64,000 nt of DNA from Saccharofermentans sp. (GTDB lineage Bacteria; Bacillota; Clostridia; Saccharofermentanales; Saccharofermentanaceae), in assembly GCA_045616305.1 (NCBI GenBank), contig JAZLGO010000029.1, positions 50 to 64,049 on the forward strand, given 5' to 3'. Each line of letters begins with the position of its first letter. Within the stretch, counting starts at the first letter, position 1. Positions 30,828 to 38,980 of this stretch are shown piece after piece. Below the pieces are notes generated by a model, which saw only the letters and a program-made list of their open reading frames with translations, did no database searches and was not told the origin of the DNA. A program made the translations under genes and the position numbers.

Positions 30828-32207
30828 ATGAAAAAGAAATTCGCATCGGCAGTTGCAGTATGTTTGTTGGTTACCTCATTATCTGTAGGCTGTAAGTCTG
30901 ATGAGAAGTCCAATAAGAGGCATTCATCCAAAAGAAGTATTGAGCAGACTACAGAAAATACGGAGAAAACTACAACAGAAGAAACCACTACGGAACAGAC
31001 GACTACGGAACAGACGACTGCAGAACAGACAACGACAGAGGCGTCAATAACCGAGAGTACAACTGCAGCAGAAACCACAACAGAGGAAACAACTGTTATG
31101 ATAACGCCTGAAGTTTCCGATCATGGCACAGAAGCAGGCATTGTAACTGAACCGGAAATAAGAATAATTGAAGATTTTGATTTGGAAGAATATATTGCTG
31201 ATATTAAGTACAGCGGTGCTGTTTTGGTGTCAGAGGAGAGAGAGACAGTGTTCAGTGATGCTTATGGATTTTCCGAATTCGATCTTTCAACAGGTGAAAT
31301 GAAGAACAATACAACAGGGACTGTTTTTGAGATGGGATCCATTACAAAACAATTTACTGCTGTTGCAATAATGCAGTTGGAAGAGAAAGGGCTTCTTTCT
31401 ACTGAGGATACGCTGGATAAATATATTCCGGAATATCCTTATGCAGACCAAATTACGATTCACCAGTTGCTTAATATGACTTCCGGCATAGTTGATTATA
31501 TTACGGGCGGCCCTTATGGTTATGATTTATATAATATGAAAGAAGAGGATTTCGGTTCACTGAAGGAAGCAACTGAGATGTTTGCTGACGTATGCATAAA
31601 AGCAGTTGTTCCTATAACTCCCGATGAATTGGTGGAGATGGTATCACCGTATGAGTTGAATTTTGAACCGGGTACACAATTTGAATATTCAAATACCAAT
31701 TATTATTTTTTGGGAATGATTATCGAACAAGTCAGCGGAATGAGTTATGACGATTATATAAGAGAGAACATACTTAATCCGCTTGAACTGACCGAATTGT
31801 GGCCTGATTTGAATCATATTGATTCATCCGGTTCCTTCAGAGTGTGGGGGATTGATATTCCCGTTCCTCATCAGGATACGTCAATCAGTTATTCCGTAGG
31901 TGTAATGACAGGAACGGTCGAAGGTCTCCTAAAATGGGAATACTGTGTAATGGACAGAGTACTTTTGGCAGAGGAAAGCTGGAATAAAATATTTGACGGC
32001 GGCGAGTTCGGCTATGGATATGGTTGGTACATAACAGATGATTTTGTTTATCATTCGGGGATGACTTTGGGTTATAATGCTGCAGTAGTGATTGACAGAG
32101 AGAATGGTAATGTGGTAATTGCTCTTTCGAATGTTCAATCGGCCGAGTTTGATGAACAAGCACCTTCTTCTAAGGAACTTGCTATGACAATTATCGGTAA
32201 TATTTGA
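30828..32207 (+). CDS. Serine hydrolase (beta-lactamase/class C PBP-like) lipoprotein with Thr/Glu-rich linker
   Basis: Lipobox SVGC; GSITKQF (SxxK), LLNMTSG, FEYSNTNY, HSG. Confidence 0.85.
   Translation: MKKKFASAVAVCLLVTSLSVGCKSDEKSNKRHSSKRSIEQTTENTEKTTTEETTTEQTTTEQTTAEQTTTEASITESTTAAETTTEETTVMITPEVSDHGTEAGIVTEPEIRIIEDFDLEEYIADIKYSGAVLVSEERETVFSDAYGFSEFDLSTGEMKNNTTGTVFEMGSITKQFTAVAIMQLEEKGLLSTEDTLDKYIPEYPYADQITIHQLLNMTSGIVDYITGGPYGYDLYNMKEEDFGSLKEATEMFADVCIKAVVPITPDELVEMVSPYELNFEPGTQFEYSNTNYYFLGMIIEQVSGMSYDDYIRENILNPLELTELWPDLNHIDSSGSFRVWGIDIPVPHQDTSISYSVGVMTGTVEGLLKWEYCVMDRVLLAEESWNKIFDGGEFGYGYGWYITDDFVYHSGMTLGYNAAVVIDRENGNVVIALSNVQSAEFDEQAPSSKELAMTIIGNI
30944..31093 (+). repeat. Degenerate 15-bp coding repeat (EQTTT/EETTT)
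   Basis: GAACAGACGACTACG-type units in tandem. Confidence 0.7.
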
Positions 32208-32242
32208 TACAATTAATCTAATAATGTAAAGGAGACAAACAT

Positions 32243-33586
32243 ATGCCAAATCCATATTTAACCAATTGTGAGCATATTCCTGACGGTGAACCGAGAGTGT
32301 TCGGAGACCGAGTATATATATACGGCTCACATGATTTTCCTGCTTCAGCAGAGTTTTGTGATAATGCATTAAAGGTATGGTCCGCTTCAGTAGATAATCT
32401 TGAAGAGTGGACTTGTCATGGTGTTGCTTTTTCAACAAAAGATATTCGCGGACATAAGTCTGATACCGATTGGACAGAAGGAAAGCTTTTTGCACCTGAT
32501 GTTGTTTGTAAGGACGGCAAATATTATCTTTATGCTTATATAGAGGGCGCTAAGGGCTGTGTTGCAGTCAGTGACAAGCCGGAAGGACCGTTCACATTGA
32601 TTTCTACTTATAAGTATAATATTCCTAATCACAGAGACGGCGGCATTTTTATCGATCCGGGTGTGCTTGTTGATGATGACGGACGTGTATATATTTATTG
32701 CGGTTATTTGAGATCTTATATGGCTGAAATAAACCCTGATAATATGTATGAGATAATTGACGGCTCTTATAAAGAGGATATTATTCCTGAAGAAGAACCG
32801 TTCGCATTCTTTGAGGCATGCTCACCGCGTAAAATAGGCGATACGTATTACTTGATTTATTCATCAAAGAGATGTCCTCAGCTTGTTTATGCTACGTCTA
32901 AGTCACCTACGGGACCGTTTGAATATAAGGGTATTATTGTTGACAGCGGCGTCGACTTCCCGGGCGGAAACGATCATGGTTCAATTATGAAGATTAAGGA
33001 TCAGTGGTACATTTTCTATCACAAGATGACTAACGGAAGCATTATGTCCAGACTCGGTTGTGTAGAGAAGATTAATATTCTTCCGGACGGAACAATTGAA
33101 CAGGCTGAAATGACTTCTTTGGGCTTCAGTGAGAGTCTTAATCCGTATAAACCTGTAAACATGCAGACGGCGTGTGTTATGACAAACGGTGCCGTTATTA
33201 CAGAGAAAAATATCTTTGAGCAGTATATTACCAACATTAAGCACGGATGCATAATGGGCTGGAAGTATTTTGACTTCGGCACAAATTCAGGAAGCGATAT
33301 GGAAATAGTGTTGCAGATAGAATCCTGTTATCTTAACGGTAATATTTCTGTTTATATCGACGGACAGGATGAAGAACACGGCGGTACTAAGGTGGCTGTA
33401 GTTCCGTTTAATCACGGTGATACGATAATTAAAGGCAACATTGAGATTGACGGCAAAAACTTGCGTTCACTTCAGGGAAGACACAGCATTTTCCTTAAGG
33501 CTGAATATAATTATGTCGGTTGGGGTGCTGATTACTTTAAAGAACGTAATTTGTTTGATTTGAAGAGTTTTGTTTTTGTAATGTAA
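32243..33586 (+). CDS. GH43 glycoside hydrolase with C-terminal CBM-like domain
   Basis: PDGEPRVFGDRVYIYGSHD, LFAPD, IDPGVLVDDDG, FFEA, GNDHGS. Confidence 0.88.
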   Translation: MPNPYLTNCEHIPDGEPRVFGDRVYIYGSHDFPASAEFCDNALKVWSASVDNLEEWTCHGVAFSTKDIRGHKSDTDWTEGKLFAPDVVCKDGKYYLYAYIEGAKGCVAVSDKPEGPFTLISTYKYNIPNHRDGGIFIDPGVLVDDDGRVYIYCGYLRSYMAEINPDNMYEIIDGSYKEDIIPEEEPFAFFEACSPRKIGDTYYLIYSSKRCPQLVYATSKSPTGPFEYKGIIVDSGVDFPGGNDHGSIMKIKDQWYIFYHKMTNGSIMSRLGCVEKINILPDGTIEQAEMTSLGFSESLNPYKPVNMQTACVMTNGAVITEKNIFEQYITNIKHGCIMGWKYFDFGTNSGSDMEIVLQIESCYLNGNISVYIDGQDEEHGGTKVAVVPFNHGDTIIKGNIEIDGKNLRSLQGRHSIFLKAEYNYVGWGADYFKERNLFDLKSFVFVM

Positions 33587-33606
33587 GCTGTAATTTTGTT
33601 CATGAT

Positions 33607-33640
33607 AAAGACCTTCGGGAGAATTCTCGGAGGTCTTTTT
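33607..33640 (+). terminator. Rho-independent terminator
   Basis: AAAGACCTTCGGGA-gaat-TCTCGGAGGTCTTTTT. Confidence 0.8.
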
Positions 33641-33703
33641 ATATGCGAGTTTACTTCAAGCGATTGAATAATAAGTATACGCAAGTTATATAAGTTGCAT
33701 TTG

Positions 33704-33775
33704 CGGCAACTTATGTCGTCATCTCGGCAACTCATGTTCTCAGATATTGTATGTTATTTTTTGCTCTGATATGCT
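33704..33775 (+). promoter_or_regulatory. LytTR-type direct-repeat operator and -10 element
   Basis: CGGCAACTTATG (33704) and CGGCAACTCATG (33725) 21 bp apart; TGnTATGCT at 33767-33775; LytTR gene in the same operon. Confidence 0.65.
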
Positions 33776-33808
33776 CTGGATGACAAAGAACAGAGGAGGA
33801 AAAAGTAA

Positions 33809-34657
33809 ATGATAGAATGTACTGATTTACACAAGAGCTTTGGAAACAGCAAAGTGCTTAAAGGTGTTAATTTTGAGATAGGCGACGGACAAATTTTTGG
33901 ATTATTGGGACCGTCCGGTGCCGGCAAAACAACGATAATAAAAATTCTGACAAATCAACTTGATTTCGATGAAGGCAAAATACGGATTATGGGAAAGAAT
34001 GTAACACAGCTTGACGGCAACGATATGAAGAATATCGGAATTATGATGGATAATTTCGGTGTGTACGAGAGACTCTCGTGTGCTGATAACCTAAAGATAT
34101 TTGCTGATATATACGGTGTATCTCATTCAAAGGTGAGTGAGATACTTGAATATGTAGGTTTGGCTGATGCTGAGAAGAAGGCAGCTTGTAATTTGTCAAA
34201 AGGAATGGAAGCCAGACTCAGACTTGCGCGTGTGTTTTTGCATTCCCCTGAAGTTATTTTTCTTGATGAACCTACGAGCGGGCTTGATCCTAAGACAATG
34301 AAGTCAATTCACAAATTGATTTTGGAAAAGAAAAGACAGGGCTGCACCATTTTTTTAACAACACACAACATGGAAGAAGCAACGAAGCTGTGTGATCGAG
34401 TGGCTCTTATAAATGACGGTACTATTATTGAGAATGGCAGGCCGTCTGATATTTGTCTTAAATATAACAAGAATCGCGTAATAAAAATACGTTTGACAAG
34501 CGGTGAGAGTTTAGTGATACCGCACAGTTCAGAAGCATCAGAACAAGTTTTTAAATTAATGAAGGATAACATTATTGATTCTATTCATTCATCTGAACCG
34601 AGTCTTGAAAATGTATTCTTGGAATTAACCGGAAAAAGACTTAAGGAGGAAGAATAA
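33809..34657 (+). CDS. ABC transporter ATP-binding protein
   Basis: GPSGAGKTT, LSKGM signature, FLDEPTSGLD, TTHNM. Confidence 0.93.
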   Translation: MIECTDLHKSFGNSKVLKGVNFEIGDGQIFGLLGPSGAGKTTIIKILTNQLDFDEGKIRIMGKNVTQLDGNDMKNIGIMMDNFGVYERLSCADNLKIFADIYGVSHSKVSEILEYVGLADAEKKAACNLSKGMEARLRLARVFLHSPEVIFLDEPTSGLDPKTMKSIHKLILEKKRQGCTIFLTTHNMEEATKLCDRVALINDGTIIENGRPSDICLKYNKNRVIKIRLTSGESLVIPHSSEASEQVFKLMKDNIIDSIHSSEPSLENVFLELTGKRLKEEE

Positions 34658-35344
34658 ATGAATAACAGTTTGATAATTGTAAAGAAGGAATTAAAGGATA
34701 CATTGAAGAATTTGAGTGTACTGATACAATTTGTGCTGTTTCCGGTGTTCACACTCATTTTTGAAAACGTAATCCAAGTACCTGATATGCAGGAATTGTT
34801 TTTTACCAAATTATTTTCTTCAATGTATATAGGAATGGCACCGATAGTATCTGTAGCTTCGATTATAGCTGAAGAAAAAGAGAAAAATACATTGAGAGTT
34901 CTGCTGATGGCGAATGTAAAGTCTTGGCAGTATCTGCTGGGTGTCGGAATATATGTATGGATGTTGTGTATGTTCGGTTCCTGTGTTATGGCAACTACAT
35001 TAAGCAGTGAAGATGTACCGAGATATCTTATTATTATGGGAATAGGAGTTGCGATTTCAGTTGTTCTTGGTTCTTGCATCGGTATTCTTGCCAAGAATCA
35101 GATGAGTGCGACATCCATTACCGTGCCTGTTATGTTGATTTTGGCATTTGCACCTATGCTTTCAATGTTTAATAATACTATTAAGAAGTTTTCAACCTAT
35201 TTGTATACACAACAGTTGAATATTATTTTGGATGATATGTCATTAATTGATATTTCCGCAAAAACTTGTGTGATTTTATTGATAAATATCGTTCTGTTTA
35301 TTATGATTTTTATATGTAGCTTTTCGAAAAAAGGATTGGAATAA
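34658..35344 (+). CDS. ABC-2 type permease
   Basis: Six TMs, IAEEKEKNTLRVL. Confidence 0.85.
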   Translation: MNNSLIIVKKELKDTLKNLSVLIQFVLFPVFTLIFENVIQVPDMQELFFTKLFSSMYIGMAPIVSVASIIAEEKEKNTLRVLLMANVKSWQYLLGVGIYVWMLCMFGSCVMATTLSSEDVPRYLIIMGIGVAISVVLGSCIGILAKNQMSATSITVPVMLILAFAPMLSMFNNTIKKFSTYLYTQQLNIILDDMSLIDISAKTCVILLINIVLFIMIFICSFSKKGLE

Positions 35345-35784
35345 ATGCGAATCGAAATTGATGTTGATGAGAAGTATTCTGATTTAACAGTGGAAATTAA
35401 AACTCCGCAGCTTACGCCTGAGATAGAAAGAATCATTTCCCTCATGCGTATGATTAATATGCAGATAGCTGTAAAAAAGGTGACGAGATTGTTCTTTTGG
35501 ATACGGATGAAATTCTGTATATAGAAGCACTGGAGCGCAATACTTATGTTTATACCAAGAAGGATTTCTATGAGATTAATATGCGTCTGTATGAGATTGA
35601 GCAATTGCTTATTGAACAGGGGTTTATTCGCGTAAGCAAGACCGGCATAGTTAATATTAAAAATATTCAAAGTCTCAGGGCTGATATTAACCGAAAAATC
35701 AGAGTTACACTGGTTAACGGCGAGCAGATTGTCGTGTCTCGGAATTATGCCGATGAACTCAAAAAGAGGTTGGGGGTTAAATAA
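35345..35784 (+). CDS. LytTR-family regulator interrupted by a -1 frameshift at 35473-35479
   Basis: Frame 0: MRIEIDVDEKYSDLTVEIKTPQLTPEIERII...IAVKK; -1 frame continues GDEIVLLDTDEILYIEA...LYEIE...FIRVSK...VSRNY (LytTR). Confidence 0.8.
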
Positions 35785-36251
35785 TGGAAAGAGATAAATC
35801 TATTTTTGATTATATAGAGTCTTTTTTTAAATCATTCGGAATAGTAGTAACGATATTTATTGCTTTTTCGTATTTTATCGGCGATATGGCAAGTGAATAT
35901 TCAACTTTTTTTACTTTGGGAAGTCGTGCACTTACAATAAAGACTCTTGTACAGTTGTTTGTTTTTGTTGCAATATTGGAATTGGCAGAAACTATATTTA
36001 TGACGGATAAGTGGATAAAAGATATGAGAATGGTTGTAAGGAACATTCTGTTTTTTTTGTCAGTGTTTGCGGTAATTTGCATTTTTGCTTATGTGTTTCA
36101 TTGGTTTCCGTTTACTAATGTCAGGTCATGGATTGGATTTTTTATTTGTTATTTTGTATGTACGGTAATCAGCACGGTTTTGAATAAAATGAAAGAAAAT
36201 GCAATTAATAAGAAAATGGAACAGGCCTTGCGCAGAATAAGAAATGAATAA
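35784..36251 (+). CDS. DUF3021-like membrane protein (LytTR regulatory system partner)
   Basis: Four TMs, GW-like FHWFP motif, C-terminal INKKMEQAL; coupled to the LytTR gene. Confidence 0.65.
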   Translation: MERDKSIFDYIESFFKSFGIVVTIFIAFSYFIGDMASEYSTFFTLGSRALTIKTLVQLFVFVAILELAETIFMTDKWIKDMRMVVRNILFFLSVFAVICIFAYVFHWFPFTNVRSWIGFFICYFVCTVISTVLNKMKENAINKKMEQALRRIRNE

Positions 36252-36314
36252 ATGAGCACAGCAATATTGAATTTGTGATATTATTATCTGAGTTGCATAT
36301 TATTGGGGGCAGAC

Positions 36315-37169
36315 ATGAATAAATTACGTAAAGCATTTTTTGAGACAAAAATGACTTGGCCGAGAGTTATAATCCTATCACTTGTTACTGCTTTGATGAC
36401 GGCTGTGTTGAACTGTATTCCTTTGTTGAGTGATACATCATTTGCGGCACCTGCCGAGATGTTTGAATTTTGGGTTTTGGCAGCGCTGTTTATAATATTC
36501 AATTGTCACGGATATTTAGAGGCTTCGGTAAAGACATTTGTGTTTTTCTTAATCAGCCAACCACTGATTTTCTTGTTGGAGGTACCTTTTAAAGATGCAG
36601 GCTGGGGTTTGTTTATATATTATCCAAGATGGTTTATATTTACGATTCTTACTATTCCCGGAGCAATTATTGCATATTATGCCAAACGCGAAGGTTGGAT
36701 CAGCGGTGTCATAATGTCTGTAGCCAATATCTTGGTTTTATATTGCGGAAGTACCAAGATTAATTACTTCATATCACATTTTCCGCATTATTTATTAACG
36801 TTGATTTTCTGTGTTGTCACTGTAGTGTTTTATACTTTGTTCTTGCTTAAGGGTAAGAAAGCTAAAACAGTTGCAGCAGTGATTACTTCTGTGGTTGTAA
36901 TAGTGTATTTGATGCTTCCTTTACTTAATATCAGTACCGGTAAATCGTATTGTGACTATCCGCTTGAGGAGGGAACATGGGAATTAGTTAGTGTGTCTGA
37001 TGAGAACCTTACTGTTTCTTTGAGTGAAGAATCTATTTATCTCGAAAGTGAGACCGGTGGTGAATATACGGTTGTTGTGCAGAATCAAGATGGAGAGCAA
37101 CTGCTTTACAATATAGTATTTGATAAAAAGACCGGTGCTTTTGATATACAGATATCAGATATTAATTAG
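36315..37169 (+). CDS. Hypothetical multi-pass membrane protein
   Basis: About 7 hydrophobic segments and a C-terminal extracellular beta-rich tail. Confidence 0.65.
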   Translation: MNKLRKAFFETKMTWPRVIILSLVTALMTAVLNCIPLLSDTSFAAPAEMFEFWVLAALFIIFNCHGYLEASVKTFVFFLISQPLIFLLEVPFKDAGWGLFIYYPRWFIFTILTIPGAIIAYYAKREGWISGVIMSVANILVLYCGSTKINYFISHFPHYLLTLIFCVVTVVFYTLFLLKGKKAKTVAAVITSVVVIVYLMLPLLNISTGKSYCDYPLEEGTWELVSVSDENLTVSLSEESIYLESETGGEYTVVVQNQDGEQLLYNIVFDKKTGAFDIQISDIN

Positions 37170-37177
37170 TAATTACC

Positions 37178-38095
37178 ATGAATGATTTTAAAAATGATAA
37201 GTTGACTGCACATTTCCATTTACCGGGCCTGTTTGAGTTCTGTGAATTCTATCAGGTGTTTCTGCCGTTATTCTATGAACAGAGGGAATTATTTTATGAT
37301 TGGGTTGATATAAGCTCAATCTATGGAGCACCGTGTGATTGTTTGTGGGGCGGAGGCAGATTCGGTGCGGGTGAGTGTGTTGCGGAAGAAATTTTGGATT
37401 CCTTGGGGCAATACGGAATATCTGCGAGACTGACCTTCAGTAATTCTTTGTTGAATGAGGCTCATCTCAAGGATTACAGATGTAACCGCCTTTGTGATAC
37501 ATTTGAAAAGCATCCCGGCCCTCAAAACGGCGTAATAGTACATTCTGATTTATTGCTGAATTATTTACGTAATAAATATCCGGGATTGTATTTTGTGTCC
37601 TCTACTACCAAAGTGTTAACCGATCGGCAGCTTCTGATTAATGAGTTGGAACGTGATGAGTTTAAATTTGTAGTACCGGATTTTAGGCATAATAATCGCT
37701 ATAGTGAGCTTGAAAGTCTTAACGATGTCGCGAAGTCTAAGATGGAATTTCTGGTTAATGAGTGTTGCTGGATTGGCTGTAAAGAACGTTACAATTGTTA
37801 TGAGAACATCAGCCGTAAGATGCTTGAAGATGATTGTCCCGAACATATTTGTACGGCGCCTGATTCTCAAGCCGGATATAGATTTTCGAGAACTATGAGA
37901 AGTCAGGCCTTTATAGGAAATAAAGAAATATCGAATTGGTATTTGCCGCACGGTTTTACAAATTTCAAAATAGAAGGACGTAATCTTGGTACTGCCGTTG
38001 TATTAGAGTTTCTTCTTTACTACCTGACTAAGCCTGAATGTCAGCTGGAAGTACGTGAGAAGATGTATCTTGACAGCATGCTTGATTTGTTTTAA
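37178..38095 (+). CDS. Peptidase-U32-like TIM-barrel protein with Cys cluster
   Basis: WGGGR, RLTFSN, LVNECC-x3-C-x2-R-x2-C, FKIEGR (KIEGR is the U32 signature). Confidence 0.55.
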   Translation: MNDFKNDKLTAHFHLPGLFEFCEFYQVFLPLFYEQRELFYDWVDISSIYGAPCDCLWGGGRFGAGECVAEEILDSLGQYGISARLTFSNSLLNEAHLKDYRCNRLCDTFEKHPGPQNGVIVHSDLLLNYLRNKYPGLYFVSSTTKVLTDRQLLINELERDEFKFVVPDFRHNNRYSELESLNDVAKSKMEFLVNECCWIGCKERYNCYENISRKMLEDDCPEHICTAPDSQAGYRFSRTMRSQAFIGNKEISNWYLPHGFTNFKIEGRNLGTAVVLEFLLYYLTKPECQLEVREKMYLDSMLDLF

Positions 38096-38127
38096 TCAGT
38101 CTTTTTACTGAATAAATTAATATTGTC

Positions 38128-38742
38128 TTACTCTACCAAACTGAAACCATAATAAGAACCTGTTTGCATATTTGCTACATCGAGGTAAGCACCGTCATCC
38201 ATAACGAAGCCGTACCAATAGCCGGTTTTGTTGTTTGCAGTGTCTATTGACTCTTCACCGTCCAACATATAGGAGAAATATTCAATATTCAGGCAAATTA
38301 AATTTTCCATAGTGTATTTCTCGTTGCGCTCGATTAATTGCTCAAGTTCATCTGCATCAATTCCGAATTTATCATTGAGATCCACGGTCAGATATTCGAA
38401 AGCATCATCACCCAGATATACCGTAACATCTCCTGCTGAGTAATTATCATCAAGCTCATCACGACTTTGATACCAGTGTAATACCATATCGTCGGAAATA
38501 GTCATATATGAATCATCGCTTGTTGTCCATTCTGTACCTGCCAAATTGTATTTTTGTTCAGGTTCCTTTTCATCTTCATAATCATCGTCGTCATCATATT
38601 TGTCATCAGTATCATCCTCTTTGCTGATTGAATGTTTATCTGATTCGCGTTTGTGCTTTTTTGAGGATTTTTGTTCTGTGACATTGCAGGCGCTGGTTAG
38701 CACACATGCGACAGTTAATATAATACAAAGAGTTTTTTTCAT
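38128..38742 (-). CDS. Hypothetical lipoprotein
   Basis: MKK plus hydrophobic stretch plus TSAC lipobox; acidic linker; RBS AAGGAG. Confidence 0.7.
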   Translation of the reverse strand: MKKTLCIILTVACVLTSACNVTEQKSSKKHKRESDKHSISKEDDTDDKYDDDDDYEDEKEPEQKYNLAGTEWTTSDDSYMTISDDMVLHWYQSRDELDDNYSAGDVTVYLGDDAFEYLTVDLNDKFGIDADELEQLIERNEKYTMENLICLNIEYFSYMLDGEESIDTANNKTGYWYGFVMDDGAYLDVANMQTGSYYGFSLVE

Positions 38743-38887
38743 AAGTAAATCTCCTTTAGATAATTATATTCTGATTATAACACAAAGTTAAAAACATTCA
38801 AGAGGGCATTTTATCGAAAATGTGATATCACAATGTACAAAAAATGTGTCGGGAAATTGTCAAATTTACAGAATGTTAACATTTGTA

Positions 38888-38916
38888 TTGACTAATACAT
38901 TTCTATAACCCATAAT
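38888..38916 (+). promoter_or_regulatory. sigma-A promoter with upstream palindromes
   Basis: TTGACT-17-CATAAT; palindromes TGTGATATCACA (38821) and AATGTTAACATT (38872). Confidence 0.55.
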
Positions 38917-38980
38917 TTGTTTGGGGACATGGATTTAAGTTTATTTCAGCACCATTGAATGGAGCTGCGGAGGGTGTGCC

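Noticed and set aside
30828-32207. Beta-lactam resistance genes (also 49526-50383)
   Set aside because: The SxxK/YxN fold is shared by many esterases and peptidases; nothing specific for a true beta-lactamase.
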